This document shows positions 12,747-25,920 of a stretch of DNA of 64,000 nucleotides, in pieces. Position 1 is the first letter of the stretch, and every line of letters starts with the position of its first letter. The notes beneath the pieces were generated by a model. That model saw only the letters and a program-made list of their open reading frames with translations, did no database searches and was not told where the DNA came from. Source of the stretch: Octopus bimaculoides (Eukaryota); the NCBI RefSeq assembly GCF_001194135.2, contig NC_068993.1, positions 10,518,318 through 10,582,317 on the forward strand, given 5' to 3'. A program made the position numbers and the translations under genes.

Positions 12747-13589
12747 ATCTACCACAGTAAAGAATCTCGTAGAAAGCAACAGGAAACAATTGCTGTGCGT
12801 TTCTGAAGAAAAATCATGTACCTTCAGACTTTGGTGTGACAGTTCGTGATCACTGATGTCTGTAGGCATGACACATGAAAGAGATTAATAAATATCCTTG
12901 TTATTTGCCAAATGTCTGCCCTGTGCTTTGTTTTAGATAATAACAAAACTCATCTGCTCTGTGCTAAATTCATTACCCATTTCAAAATGATTTTGCTAAT
13001 AAATGATTTGGGGAGGGTTGGGGTTAAAAAAACAAAAAATAAAAACGGTTTGTGTGTCAAAACAGAACAATTATTTTAGCTTTCTATTTGGTCAATTACT
13101 AGAAAAAAAAAGGAAAGATAATTATCAATTAACTTTTGTAAAATGGAACAAAAATATATATTTGTGTCAATGTTTGACTTCTATGTTCTATTAAAACCAA
13201 AAAAGCAACACAGACAATGTTTCTCGAACAAACTGTGTGTGTATGTATACACGCATGCACACACATTTAGCAAGTAAATAAAAGAGTCAGATGATAACTG
13301 GTGGTGGTGATGGTGATGGTGTCAACAAAAATGACAGAATTCTGAATAAGTTTGCATGACGTAGGTGAGGACAGAAAGAATGAGTTGATTCAGGACTGGT
13401 TCCTTCAATTATGAGAAAAGAAATTCTTCAACAAAGGGGTTAGATAGTATTGAGAATATACAAACGACAGGGTGAGAAGAGAAGAATTACACATACAAAA
13501 AGTGATTGTCGATAATGCATAGAAAGAAGAAGAAATGAAAAAAAATATATCCTTTTTGTATTGTCATGTAACTATCATGATGTTGACCA

Positions 13590-13800
13590 TTATCATTGTT
13601 TGAAGGGCCACTTTTCTGTGCCTGCAAGGGCTAGGTTGAATTTGTTGAGCCCTTCCTTTCACTAGCCCTCACCTGTTTCCAAGCAAGGTAATAATATTCC
13701 ACCAAGGTCAGATGTGTTTTCACTGGAGACTCAAAATGAAGGAAACTGTTTGTGTGACGGTGAAACTTGTTTACAATGATTGCACAAAATTAAGGCAAGG
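13590..13800 (-). mobile_element. RTE-type 3' end, subfamily I
   Basis: cctcacctgtttccaagcaaggtaat is shared with 21400, 38395, 56410 and 59582. Confidence 0.6.
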
Positions 13801-13837
13801 ACGCAGTAAAACACATACATGCATCTGATACATGTTT

Positions 13838-14030
13838 CAGTCATTAGACTGCAGCCATGCTGGGGGCACTGCTTTGACTTTTTAGTTGAATGAATTGACC
13901 CCAGTACCTATTCTTTTTAAAGCCTGGTACTTATTCTATCGGTCTCTTATGCTGAATTGCCAGATTAGGGGGATGGAAACACACCAACACCTCATGTCAA
14001 GTGGTAGTGGAGAACAAACACAGACACAAA
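13838..14030 (-). mobile_element. SINE family B 3' half
   Basis: tttcagtcattagactgcagccatgctggggcac...aaacacaccaacacc. Confidence 0.75.
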
Positions 14031-14099
14031 AACATACACACATAAATGTATATACATACATACATATCGTTGAGCTCTACATATTTTTTTTATTCATTC

Positions 14100-14240
14100 T
14101 CTATTTTCTCTTTTTCTGTTGAAGAGCATAGGCTTGAAATGTAAAAGACCTTTTCATTTTTTCAGAGCGTCAAACTAATACACTTGCTTGTTGTTCATAC
14201 ACCTGTCTTTGTCTTCTAATTTTCTATAAGTTTCAACTAA
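14100..14240 (+). mobile_element. Penelope-like terminal-repeat remnant with variant hammerhead motif (14111-14148)
   Basis: ttttt-ctgttga-a-gagc-atag-gctt-gaaa-t-gta-aaaga. The downstream ctaatacacttgcttgttgttcatacacctgtc resembles rc(55805-55850). Confidence 0.6.
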
Positions 14241-14284
<44 letters not shown>

Positions 14285-14656
14285 GTNNNNNNNNNNNNNN
14301 NNNNNNNNNNNNNNNNNNNNNNNNNNNNNNNNNNNNNNNNNNNNNNNNNNNNNNNNNNNNNNNNNNNNNNNNNNNNNNNNNNNNNNNNNNNNNNNNNNNN
14401 NNNNNNNNNNNNNNNNNNNNNNNNNNNNNNNNNNNNNNNNNNNNNNNNNNNNNNNNNNNNNNNNNNNNNNNNNNNNNNNNNNNNNNNNNNNNNNNNNNNN
14501 NNNNNNNNNNNNNNNNNNNNNNNNNNNNNNNNNNNNNNNNNNNNNNNNNNNNNNNNNNNNNNNNNNNNNNNNNNNNNNNNNNNNNNNNNNNNNNNNNNNN
14601 NNNNNNNNNNNNNNNNNNNNNNNNNNNNNNNNNNNNNNNNNNNNNNNNNNNNNNNN

Positions 14657-14690
<34 letters not shown>

Positions 14691-14904
14691 CTGGGACTCT
14701 GGCAGGTGCTACTACTCTGGGTCAGAGTAAACCCAGGGACAATAGTGGTTAACAGGTGGTTCCACACTCCTTAAAACCCTGAAATGCCCAAATCCAAGTC
14801 AAATTACCAGAAGCAGTTTTCCTGCTTCTGGCACCATTTTCAATATACTTTATTGTTCTGCTTATGCGTGTGTTCCAATAATTGCGACAAGGGTATCATT
14901 TTGC

Positions 14905-15260
14905 CGTACATAACTACTGAAAGAAACATTTGAAACTGTGATCAGGGAATTCCTTTATGCAGATGATGGCTTCCTGGCCCACACTACTGGTACCATGCAC
15001 TACATTATGGATCATATTGCCCCTTGATATATATATCCTTTGGCTTAAAAAAATAAGTCTAACAAAAACCAGCATAATGTTCACACCTGCACCTAGTGAA
15101 CCATATGTTGAACCAAGTATCATAGTATACAGTGCAATATTACGTGTAGTTGACATTTTTATCTGAGTAGAAATGTTGTTGAGAGATGTTTCCCTAGATA
15201 TAGAAATATATCTATGCATCTAGAAAGTATCTGTTGCATTGGAGAAGGTCTTCCTCTATA
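14905..15260 (+). pseudogene. RTE-clade (BovB-like) LINE reverse transcriptase fragment
   Basis: Translation gives FETVIREFLYADDGFLAHT (YADD catalytic motif), KISLTKTSIMFTPAPSEPYVEPSIIV and DVSLDIEIY..KVSVA, interrupted by frameshifts and stops. Confidence 0.9.
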
Positions 15261-15550
15261 GGTATACTGGTGAAAATTATAATTATCACTAATAACAGTT
15301 GGTTAAATATCAAAAATATCTGTAATGTTTTATTGTATAATAAGCTTGTTATTTTCTAGGTTATCAACATCAAATTCAGAAACATTTGTTTTCAAATATC
15401 ATATTTGACAGATGGAATAGGAGATGCACATTTCTTGCCCCACCAAAACAAATAAGTCTAAAAAAAACAACCCCCCCCACCCACCAGTTAGGCTGATATT
15501 ACTTGCTTTAATGCACAAAAAGCATATTTTCACCTGAATATGAGCTGCTG

Positions 15551-15934
15551 AGTGGAGGTGCAATGGCCCAGTGGTTAGGGCAGCGGACTCTCCGTCGTAG
15601 GAGTGTGGTTTCGATTCCCAGACCAGGTGTTGTGAGTGTTTATTGAGCGAAAACACTTAAAGTTCCACGAGGCTCCGGCAGGGGATGGTGACAAACCCGG
15701 CTGTACTCTTTCACCACAACTTTCTCTCACTCTTACTACCTTTTCTGTTGTACCTGTAATTCAAAGGGCCAACCTTGTCACACTCTGTGTCACGCTGAAT
15801 CTCCCTGAGAACTACGTTAAGGGTACACGTGTCTGTGGAGTGCTCAGCCACTTGCACGTTAATTTCACGAGCAGGCTGTTCCGTTGATTGGATCAACTGG
15901 AACCCTCGTCGTCGTAACCGATGGAGTGCCAACC
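15551..15934 (+). mobile_element. tRNA-derived SINE family A, full length
   Basis: A box tggcccagtggtt, B box ggtttcgattccc, about 385 bp. TSD atgagctgctg at 15540-15550 and 15935-15945. Confidence 0.95.
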
Positions 15935-16893
15935 ATGAGCTGCTGAAATTAGGATGCATCCAATGACATTTTTCCTCTCCAAACACTGCTCAAAATCCAA
16001 CCAGGGTTCTGTATGAAAAGTTGGGCTGATATTGCATTCTTTAATGCACTGAAAATTCTTTTCCTAAATACATACCACTGAAATTGGGACACATCAAATA
16101 CGCCTGTGTCTTTTATGCCATCAAATACAATACTTAACATCTACACCAGGTTTTCATTGGTCTAATCTTCCATTGTCATCTGTGTCTTATTTTTATCTAT
16201 ATACATATGTAACAATATGGTGGACAGGATTCCAACTAGGAAATATTATTTCCTGAATCAGGATTCAAATGCACACACATAAATGGCTTTATGCACTAGG
16301 TTACTGACACATGTCTTGTCATAACAGTAGTTTTATATTTTGGACAACACCATATCAATTCTATTCCAGTGTTATTAAAACCAGGGTAATTATCCTTTAT
16401 TTGCCAATGAATTCTGGTTAACTTAATACAACTGGTGTTAAGGATGTTGAAATGTCATACTTGTTAATCAAATGGAATGCCACTTTTTTTTTGGTTTTTG
16501 TTGGTAATGTTATTTAACATTTTTTGTCATTTCTATGTGTTATATTTTAATTTTTTTTTTTTGTTTGAGAAAGAAAAAAACGCCCAAGAGTCAATAGTTT
16601 ATTCTGATGTCCTGTCCTCACTACCACTTCTATCTACTTCCATGCTTTCTATCTATCTATCTATCCATCTATCTATCTATCTGTCTGTCTATCTGTCTGT
16701 CACCTACCTAGTCTTCAGCATAATTAAAAAGTCATGAAACACACATACAATGCTTGTATGGACATGCATGCATAGACACACAAAGTTGCCAATATAATTG
16801 TAGACTTACAAATGTGCAATCTTGTTGCCACATACACACACAAGTGTACAGGTACACATTCAGATTCACATATATACACAAATGCATAAAAGC

Positions 16894-16944
<51 letters not shown>

Positions 16945-17493
16945 GTGGCTGTGTGTGTGTTTGTCTTGACACTTGTATGCGAATGTGTGTCTATACAGAT
17001 CATTTAAAATTTGCTAATAGCAGAAACCTATTCAAAATCATACATACATACATAAATGCATATAAATGCATACACAAACACATATGCATATATAAATAAA
17101 TTATATATAAAATTATGAATTCAACAACTATCAATTGATTCCAGCTTTCAATTATAAATTTCTCTAAAATTACATGAAAAAAAAAGGAAAAATTTAATTA
17201 ATATTCAATGTATTTCCAGTTCAGACATATCATTTAATTAATTTTTTTAGCAGAATATAAATTGACCAAGAAAGAAGCGCAAATTTTAATTAATATGAAG
17301 TCAACTCATCTTTTTTATTATTATTATTATTATTTTCCAATGCTGGTGAGCCTGAATTTTATTTCAATTTTTTACTTCGGCGACCAGAAAAATGGGTAAA
17401 TTGACAAATTAAACGACTTAAAAATGTTAAGTTGTTTGACCCAAGAAAGAAATCTGTGGTTTGACAAGTTTTAGTTAGTAGAAGTGATGTTGC

Positions 17494-17529
<36 letters not shown>

Positions 17530-17753
17530 CATGTATGTATAATACATGCATATAAATGGGCGTTTACAAACACTTCTGTCTATTTATCTAGCTATATACA
17601 TATACACATGTATAATTATATACATACATACATGATGACACATGCATAGTAAGTTCAGTTCAAAATATCTTTTTTATCCAAGTACAAAAAAGTTGATATG
17701 CATGTTATATATAGATATAAAAACAAACGTATACATATATACACACATACATT

Positions 17754-18004
17754 TATTGGGTTGGTGCATAATTATTGCGGCTTCTTTTCAACAAATTTTA
17801 TTCAACAAAAACGATAACGATATTTAACAAAAGCATCTTTAAATGATGGTCTGACTGTCTGCCTAGCAAATGGGAAGCAGTAATTGAAGTAGATGGTGAA
17901 TATGCTCCGGAATAATCATTTAAAGATGTTTTTGTTACATGTTGTTGTTTTTGCTAAATAAAATTTGTTGAGAAAAGCCACAACAACTATGCACCAACCC
18001 AATA
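17754..18004. mobile_element. Mariner MITE (HSMAR1/MADE-like TIR)
   Basis: Perfect terminal inverted repeats tattgggttggtgcata / tatgcaccaacccaata with TA ends. The interior retains a transposase C-terminus LPSKWEAVIEVDGEYAPE*. Confidence 0.9.
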
Positions 18005-18510
18005 CATCACTATTTGATTTGACTCCATTATTACAAATATATATACAAGGTGCCACACAGTGGGACTGAACCCGGAACCATGTGGTTTGTAAGCAAGCTA
18101 CTGACCACACAACCACTCCTACACCTATTAATGTTAAAAATATACAAAAGACAATGTCTACATTTGGAAAGGCACACTCAATAATGTTTATTTAAGCAAG
18201 TTTGAGGTGATTTCTTTTATGCCATAAACCATTCTGTGGTGCCTCACTTTCCCTTGATGGCTTAAGCACATTCTTATTTTGCTTAATGGTTAATCCAGTG
18301 CTGAGTATGAGGGGAGATTAATGGATGGTTAGAGATGGGGATAAAGGTGAATGTAGTGAGTGATGGGCAAGGGTGGAAGTGCTACTAATGGGAAATATCA
18401 GTATAATGAGATGTATGAGTATGTGTGTGTCTTTGTGCCTGTGTTTGTCTCCTCCTTCCCCATCGTCTGACAACAGGTGTCTGTTTATGTCCCTATAACT
18501 TAACAGTTCT

Positions 18511-18899
18511 AGTGGAGGCGCAATGACCAAGTGGTTAGGGCAACGGACTCGCGGTCATAGGATCGCGGTTTCGATTCCCAGACCGGACGTTGTGAGTGTT
18601 TATTGATTGAAAACACCTAAAGCTCCACGAGGCTCCGGCAGGGGATGGTGGCGAACCCTGCTGTACTCTTTCACCACAACTTTCTCTCACTCTTACTTTC
18701 TGTTTCTGTTGTGCCTGTAATTCAAAGGGTCAGCCTTGTCACACTGTGTCATGCTGAATCTCCCTGAGAACTACGTTAAGGGTACACGTGTCTGTGGAGT
18801 GCTGAGCCACTTGCACGTTAATTTCATGAGCAGGCTGTTCCGTTGATCGGATCAACTGAAACCCTCGACGTCATAAGCGACGGAGTGCCAACAACAAAC
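18511..18899 (+). mobile_element. SINE family A, full length, inserted in a family B tail
   Basis: TSD aacttaa(c/t)agttc at 18497-18509 and 18900-18912. The B tail continues on both sides (18430-18510 and 18900-19045). Confidence 0.95.
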
Positions 18900-19316
18900 A
18901 ACTTAATAGTTCAGCAAAACAGATCAATAGAATAAGTACCACACTTAGAAAATAACTCCTGGGGGTCAATTTGTTCGACTGAACCCTTCAAGGCAGTGCT
19001 TCAGCATGGCCACAGTTCAATGACTGAAGCAAGTTGAAGCAGGCAAAACGACATGCACATAAACATGATACACCCATATCAGGCATTTGTTATTAAGTTC
19101 AGATGACGAGTCATGTGACATGGGTGTTTAATATATGCAGGTTAGTGTGCAAGGAATATATTATCCTGTCCAGGAATGTCGTTGTCGTCAACATCATTTT
19201 ATTGTCATCATCATCATCAACAGCAGCAATGAGTAATATAACTATTTATTTTAGACAGTAATACTTCAATTTATTTCATCTCTTCTGTTGTATATACATT
19301 ACATGTGTGTGTGTGC

Positions 19317-19374
<58 letters not shown>

Positions 19375-20094
19375 GCAGACACGGAGGTAATTAAGAAAGG
19401 GAAACACCATAATAAATTTATAAGTAGTGTATTTGAGTGTGTGTGTGCGTGTATCTATGTGATCATGATATGAAAATAAATTTATTTATACACACACCTG
19501 GCTAATCTTAGATCCAAAAGCATATACACAAAACTACAAACATGCATACATGAATTCATAAACACACACACATACACAAATATGTATGTATATATGTATA
19601 CGTATGAGTGTGTGTGTGTGTGTGTGTGTATATATTATATATATATATTTATATACACATACACGTGTGTGTATATACATGTGAATGCATATATATATAC
19701 ATGTATGTGTGTGTGTGTGTGTATATATACATGCATGCATACATACATACATACATACATACATACATACATGCACATACAGTCCATGAGCTGCTTGTAC
19801 ATATTTTGCAAATGTCAGGCAATTCCCACCAAGTTGGTTTCTTCGCCTCATATTTAACTACCGTTATCCTATAATTCATGCTACAATGTGAAGCGAACTT
19901 TGAGAATATGAAAATAAGCCTATGCCTGTGACATATACAAAAAAGGACTGACCTAGTCACAGCAACTCTAAAAAATCAAACCACACACACAAACACACAC
20001 ATACATACACACACAAACACACACACACACACATCATTGATATGGATAAGATTTTTGTGAGAATCTGATAGGATTTTCCAATTTATTTTTTTAT

Positions 20095-20293
20095 CTTTAA
20101 CTCATTTCAGTCATTGGACTGCAGCCATTCTCGGGCACCACCTTGAAGGTTAGTCAAACATATCAACGTCTGTATTTATTAATTTTTTTTAATTTTTGCA
20201 GTCTGGAACTTATTCTATTGATCTCTTTTGCCGAACTGCTAAGTTATATGGATATAAACAAACCAACACCAGTTATCATGCTGTGGTGAGGGA

Positions 20294-20332
<39 letters not shown>

Positions 20333-20490
20333 GCTTCTTTCAGTTTCTATCTACCAAATCCATTTCTAAGGGTTTTATCAGCCTGGGGCTATATCATAGA
20401 AGGCACTTGCTAAAAGTACTATGCATTGGGACTGAACCCAAGACCACATGGTTGAGAAGCAAGTGTGTAAACCACACAGCCACACCTATG
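20095..20490 (-). mobile_element. SINE family B, full copy
   Basis: Tail, internal (CA)n and head are all present. Confidence 0.85.
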
Positions 20491-20729
20491 CCTATTTTTA
20501 AAAAAATGTGGAATGCTTCAAGAATTTTAATATATTTTTGATAGCCCTTTATATTTTTATTTTTACTAATTTAAATTTTCCTTTTCATGTTTAAATGAAT
20601 TTTTTTTCTTTTCCAATAAGTAATTGTTTAAAAAAAAAAATGAAAAACCAAAATGTAAGGCTATTTCAGTCCATCCCCCCTCACTCACACACGTTTACCT
20701 ACACACCCAATAAAAGCTCTAGTCTTGTG

Positions 20730-21320
20730 GTAAGAATTTCACTTCCTAGCCATATGTTTCTCAGTCCAGTCCTACAGGTGGCACCCTAGGCAAATATCTT
20801 CTACTTTAACATCAGGCCAATCAAGGCCTTATAAGTGGATTTGGTAGATGGAAACTGAAAGAAGCCTATTGTGTGTGTGTGTGTGTGTGTGTGTATATAC
20901 ATATATTTAAATATATATTTTTTTGGTATGTTTGTTTCCAAACAGCACTTCTTTTAGTGCTGTTGACACCACTAGATTGAATGGTACTGCCCAGGTGTCG
21001 AAACCATAATGATATCTGTGGGGCAGCTGATGGAGGTATGCTGGATTGTTGGTATGGCTGTTTTTGTATATGTGGAATAGTATTATAACATACTTTTGAT
21101 ATATATTTATAAAATATGTATGTGCATATATCTATGTATGTCTTTGTGTTTGTCCCCCCCCCCACCACATGACAACCATTGTTGGGTTGTTTACATCCCT
21201 GTAACTTAGTGGTTCAGCAAAAAGAGATTGATAAAATAAATTCCATAGGTACTGGGATCGATTTTCTTGACTAAACTCTTCCAGGCATGCCCAATGACTG
21301 AGAAAAGTAAAAGATGAAAA
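20730..21320 (+). mobile_element. SINE family B with about 250 bp of extra sequence inside its internal microsatellite
   Basis: Head 20730-20870, TG/TA tract, unrelated 20920-21110, then tail resumes tttgtcccccc...gtaacttagtggttcagcaaaaagag. Confidence 0.7.
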
Positions 21321-21640
21321 ACAAAATAAAATTTCAAAATTTAAAAAAAAAAAAAAAATCATTATCGTTGTTTACATTGTCTGCTTTCAGATGAGATTTG
21401 CTGAGACAGAATTTCTATGATTAGATGCTCTTCCTGCCACCTACCTTTAACCTGTTTCCAAGTAAGGTAATATTTCCTCCCCAAGTTCTTCAAACAACAA
21501 ACATTTCAATGGCTAGACATGCTTATATAGAAAATTACAAATGAACAACATTGTTGCTCGTATGAGGATGAGGATGTCCAGACAAAGAGATACAAATATA
21601 CAAATGACTGGTTTCTTGTTGTTTCTATCTACCAAATCCA

Positions 21641-21680
<40 letters not shown>

Positions 21681-21685
<5 letters not shown>

Positions 21686-22108
21686 AATGTGCTGTGCGTG
21701 AGAAGACCCGGCAAGCCAAGTAAGATCGTTGCCAGTGCCCCTGGACTGGTTCTTGTGCGGGTGGCACATGAGATGCACCATTTTGAGCGTGGCCGTTGCC
21801 AGTACCGCCTGACTGGCTCCCGTATGATTTTCGAGCGAGATCGTTGCCAGTGCCCCTGGACTGGCTTGTGCGGGTGGCACATAAAAGACACCATTTCGAG
21901 CGTGGCCGTTTTCGTGCGGGTGACACGTAAAAGCACCCACTGCACTCTCTGAGTGGTTGGCGTTAGGAAGGGCATCCAGCCGTAGAAACTCTGCCAAATT
22001 AGACTGGAGCCTGGTGTTGCCATCTGGTTTCACCAGTCCTCAGTCAAATCGTCCAACCCATGCTAGCATGGAAAGCGGACGTTAAACGGTGATGATGATG
22101 ATGATGAT
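21681..22108 (+). mobile_element. 5'-truncated RTE LINE: last codons of the ORF plus complete 3' UTR (family C)
   Basis: WKCAVREKTRQAK* matches the ORF end at 39870-39900. The UTR has internal repeats (gttgccagtgcccctggactgg twice) and a (GAT)n tail, with (TA)n on both flanks. Confidence 0.9.
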
Positions 22109-22794
22109 ATATATATATTTATATATATAGATAGATAGATAGATAGATAGATAGGTATTTCATATCATACTCCAGACACACTCAACTACCAAAACAAAAA
22201 ACACACAAAATCAAAATGGGGGAAAGGACTACCATCCAATATGAATACCGCTACTAATAAGAATGATAATAATATTAATAGCACCCTCAACGTAAAACAT
22301 CCAAAAATTTATTCATGTATTCACCATAAAAGTGTTTTGCTGCGTGTAAAATGTCAAAACAATAAATTGGCTACAAATTTGTTTTCTGACATTTCCAATC
22401 AAATTCTTCTGCCTTTTTTTTTTTTGTCTTTTATTTTACATTTTCTCATGTTACTTTTGTCTCTCTGTCCTTTTCTTTTTCTAAAAATTAAAAAAAAAAC
22501 TTAAATACATAAATTTATCTTTTATCACGCAAATCTAATCCAGTTTGATTATTTTAATGTATTTGCCTTTTATCTTTAGAGAAGTTTTTCCTTTCTTTCA
22601 GCTTATTTTTTTGGTATTTTTAAAACTAATTAAATAAAAGAAAAACAACAACAAAACAACTTATCTTGTCTTTCATTTCAATAAAATTCAACAGATGAAC
22701 CAATGATGGAATCTCTAAGAAGCTGCTCAAATTGACACATCTAACCTGCTAGAATTAACAGCCAAAGCTTCCTTAACCCACTCTGTCCTAGATC

Positions 22795-23105
22795 GCAGGA
22801 ATGGCTGTGTGGTAAGTAACTTGCTTACTAACCACATGGTTCTGGGTTCAGTCTCACTGCGTGGCATCTTGGGCAAATGTCTTCTGCTATAGCCTCGGGT
22901 CGACCAAAGCCTTGTGAGTGGATTTGGTAGACAGAAACTGAAAGAAGTCCGTCGTATATATGTATATATATGTGTGTGTGTGTGTGTGTGCGTTTGTGTG
23001 TGTGTGTTTGTCCTCCTAGCATCACTTGACAACCGATGCCGGTGTGTTTATCTCCCCGTCACTTAGCGGTTCGGCAAAAGAGACTGATAGAATAAGTACT
23101 ATGCT
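22795..23105 (+). mobile_element. SINE family B (3' end truncated)
   Basis: gcaggaatggctgtgtggtaagtaacttgc...gaaagaagtccgtcg(TA)(TG)n tttgtcc...gatagaataagtact. Confidence 0.9.
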
Positions 23106-23371
23106 TACCTTTCATTCTTAGAGCGTCAGTATAATAAAGTGTTAGTTGAGCATTGACATTGATGTAACTGACTTATCCCCCCATCCAAAATTAATGGCCT
23201 TGAGCCAAAATTTGAAACCATCTACTATAATAATACTCTTGTTTATTTCTCTGTCACAACATATGAATGAGAAAGGAAGGGGTGAGAGATGAATAAGGAA
23301 GGAAGGGGTAATGGCAAACTGGTGGGATGGTGAACATTCAGCGCTGAAAAGAAAAATCAAACAGCGTTTCA

Positions 23372-23402
<31 letters not shown>

Positions 23403-23534
23403 ACAAGGGAAGTATGTGAATGTATGTGAACATTGACAAGTGTATTAATTTGATTTGCCATCCATATTATATATAAAATACTACAATTAACTGTCATTTC
23501 TGACAGCATGGGGCCAGCTAGTTGTTAATATTAT

Positions 23535-23745
23535 GGCAGTGAGCTTGCAAAACCGTTAGCACGCCAGGCAAAATGCTTAGTGGTATTACGTCTGTCTTTA
23601 GTTCAAATTCTGCCAAGGTCGACTTTACCTTTCATCCTTTTGGAGTCGATAAATTAAGTACCAGTTGCATACTGGGGTTGATCTAATCGACTGGCCCCCT
23701 TCCCCAAAATTTCGGGCATTGTGCCTAGAGTAGAAAAGAATATTA
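23535..23745 (+). mobile_element. tRNA-derived SINE family D
   Basis: ggcagtgagcttgcaaaaccgttagc, B box agttcaaattc, central gtcgactttacctttcatccttttggagtcgataaattaagtaccag and an ATT-like tail. Confidence 0.85.
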
Positions 23746-24011
23746 TGGCAATAAATGGCAAAATCAAAGCATTATAGAAAACTCTTTCTGTATTGAGTAA
23801 CCCTTTAGACTCCAAGTTAAAATTGCAAATAATCAATCTCTCGTTTTTCCAAATTCAATACAAGTAAGTACAAGTCAAGTTTGGACTTGACTTATTTTCT
23901 AATTAAAAATTTATTAGTTCAAGCTTGTGTCAAATATCCTTATTTTATTATCAGTGGCAGAACTACAAGTGTCAGAAAAAATGCTTTGCATTATATTCCT
24001 AATCATTTAAA

Positions 24012-24268
24012 ATTTTGAGTTCAAATCTGGAAAAGGTCAAATTTGCCTTTTCTCCTTCAGGGTTGATAAAACAAAGTACTCATCAAGTATTGGGGTTGAT
24101 TTCATCAACTATTTCCCCTATCCAACATTTCTGGCCTTGTACCTATGACAAATTATTTTTAATTAAGATGCTGTCGGATTGGTGGAATCATAAGTGCACT
24201 GGACAAAATGTCTTGCAGTATTTGTTCCAGTAATTTATGTTCTGAATTCAAATCCTACCAGGGGTAGT
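24012..24268 (+). mobile_element. Head-to-tail pair of diverged D SINE pieces
   Basis: gagttcaaatctggaaaaggtcaaatttgccttttc...ttattttttaattaag followed by a new head gatgctgtcggattggtggaatc. Confidence 0.6.
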
Positions 24269-25698
24269 TTGTCAACCAACATGAATTGTGACCTGAATAT
24301 GACACATTTGTTACATGAACCTCTGGAAAAGTGGTTCATACATGTCTGGTTGAATTCAATAACAAACTTCATATATCACACCAGAAAAACTGTCTCCACC
24401 TTGCTTTTCTCTCTACCCATAACCTAGAAATATATACTTTTGTTTTGTCCTTCTTTATCATTCCCTTCCCACACAACCATTTCTCCTCTTTGCCAACACC
24501 ACACCTAATTTTCATTTACATTACTCCATCTACCAAAGGTACACCCTGCCAAAAACTAAATGTCAAACCAGAAAGAGCATAGTGAACCACAGCCTGATAA
24601 CGACTAGGAAGTCAAAACACCAAAGTCATAGTCAACTTTTTTTCAATAAACTAATAAATATCTATGTCTATCTAGCTATACACCCACACACTTACATATG
24701 TGTAGTGTATCGTGTCTGTGTGAATGTTTGCAGTTTGCACTGAGCTACAACTACAAGTGGTGACATCCCCTTTGTAGCTGGGTTGCAATTGGTGACACTT
24801 ATTGACATTTCCTCTCAAAAGATCATTTGGTAGCTCTGCGCTTTCAAATTCCTCTAGAATAAAAAAATCATTCCTTGCTTGAAAAACAAGTGTTGATGAC
24901 AGGGAATGCATCCAAATGTAAAAATCCTTCTTCAAATTATTCCCCCAAGAAAAAGCAGATGTTAAACACAGAAATTAATGAATGAACAATCAATATATGT
25001 GTGTGCATGTGTGTGTGAAAAGACTATGTGCACTCTTACAGAGGTGACAGATGATGATTTATATTACTAATCCAAAGAGTTCAATTTGTGGGGTTGGGGG
25101 TGGGGGTATTTTGGTGTGTGGATACATGGGGGATAGTATGGGTTGTGAATCAAATTGTTCTGTTGGTATTTCAAGTTCACATCACAGACAAACAATGGTT
25201 TAATGAGTCTTGTGTGAAATCTTTGCTGCAGGAATGTAAGAGAATCTCTTCCCTCCTTGTTCCATATCCAATTCCTTTAAAGGCTAAATTGTGGTTGTGA
25301 CATTCCAGGATTGTTGTCATCATTTTACAGTGTTTAAACATAAATAATTTGATTTCTCTTCAGTATTTCTAATTGCCAATACATACGTATTTACTCTTTA
25401 TTTCCGTCTTTTATTTATGGAAGACATTTTATTTTATTTATTTGTTGTTCCTTTTTTTTTTATAGAGGGGGAGTTTAATATGCTTATATATGCAAGCCTC
25501 TTCTTTTGTGTGTATGTGTAAATGTTTGAGTGTTGAAAAAAAAGTAGCAGCATGTGATGGGAAGAGGAAAATAGATAGATAGAGAATAAGAGAGATGGGG
25601 AGAGAGAATGTGAGAGATGAAACATGAGAGAGTAGGAGGAAAGACGGAAGAAGTAGAGAAAATAAGGGAAGGATAGTTGGATGTATATATGTGTGTAT

Positions 25699-25920
25699 AT
25701 AAGAGAGGGTGCTGAAAAGTTCCTGGCTTTAAGGGTATCGCGAAAGGCCTGATTGGTGACCCAACCTTTCGAGTTCTTTTAGAGGGTTTAGAAAAACTTA
25801 AGGACTGCTGCAATAAGTGTGTGAATCTAAGAGGGGAATATGTGGAATAAGAGCATAATTAACTGATCCTCCTGCATATTTTTGTATCCAAAACTGGGAA
25901 CTTTACAGAACCACCTTGTA
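25699..25920. mobile_element. Mariner MITE family E
   Basis: TIRs gagggtgctgaaaagttcctgg / ctgggaactttacagaaccaccttgta. The interior encodes GLEKLKDCCNKCVNLRGEYVE* (mariner C-terminus). Copies at 33928 and 53668. Confidence 0.88.

Noticed and set aside
14690-14810. ggtgctactactctgggtcagagtaaacccaggg, likely another retroposon fragment
   Set aside because: It is a single degenerate copy in the window and its family and ends cannot be supported.
15551-15625. tRNA-like sequences at SINE heads (A, B, D, H and 48237)
   Set aside because: They have A and B boxes but no complete cloverleaf or acceptor stem and continue into SINE bodies, so they are not tRNA genes.
19095-19130. cagatgacgagtcatgtgac resembling a hammerhead stem II
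   Set aside because: There is no CTGA start and no GAAA after the stem.
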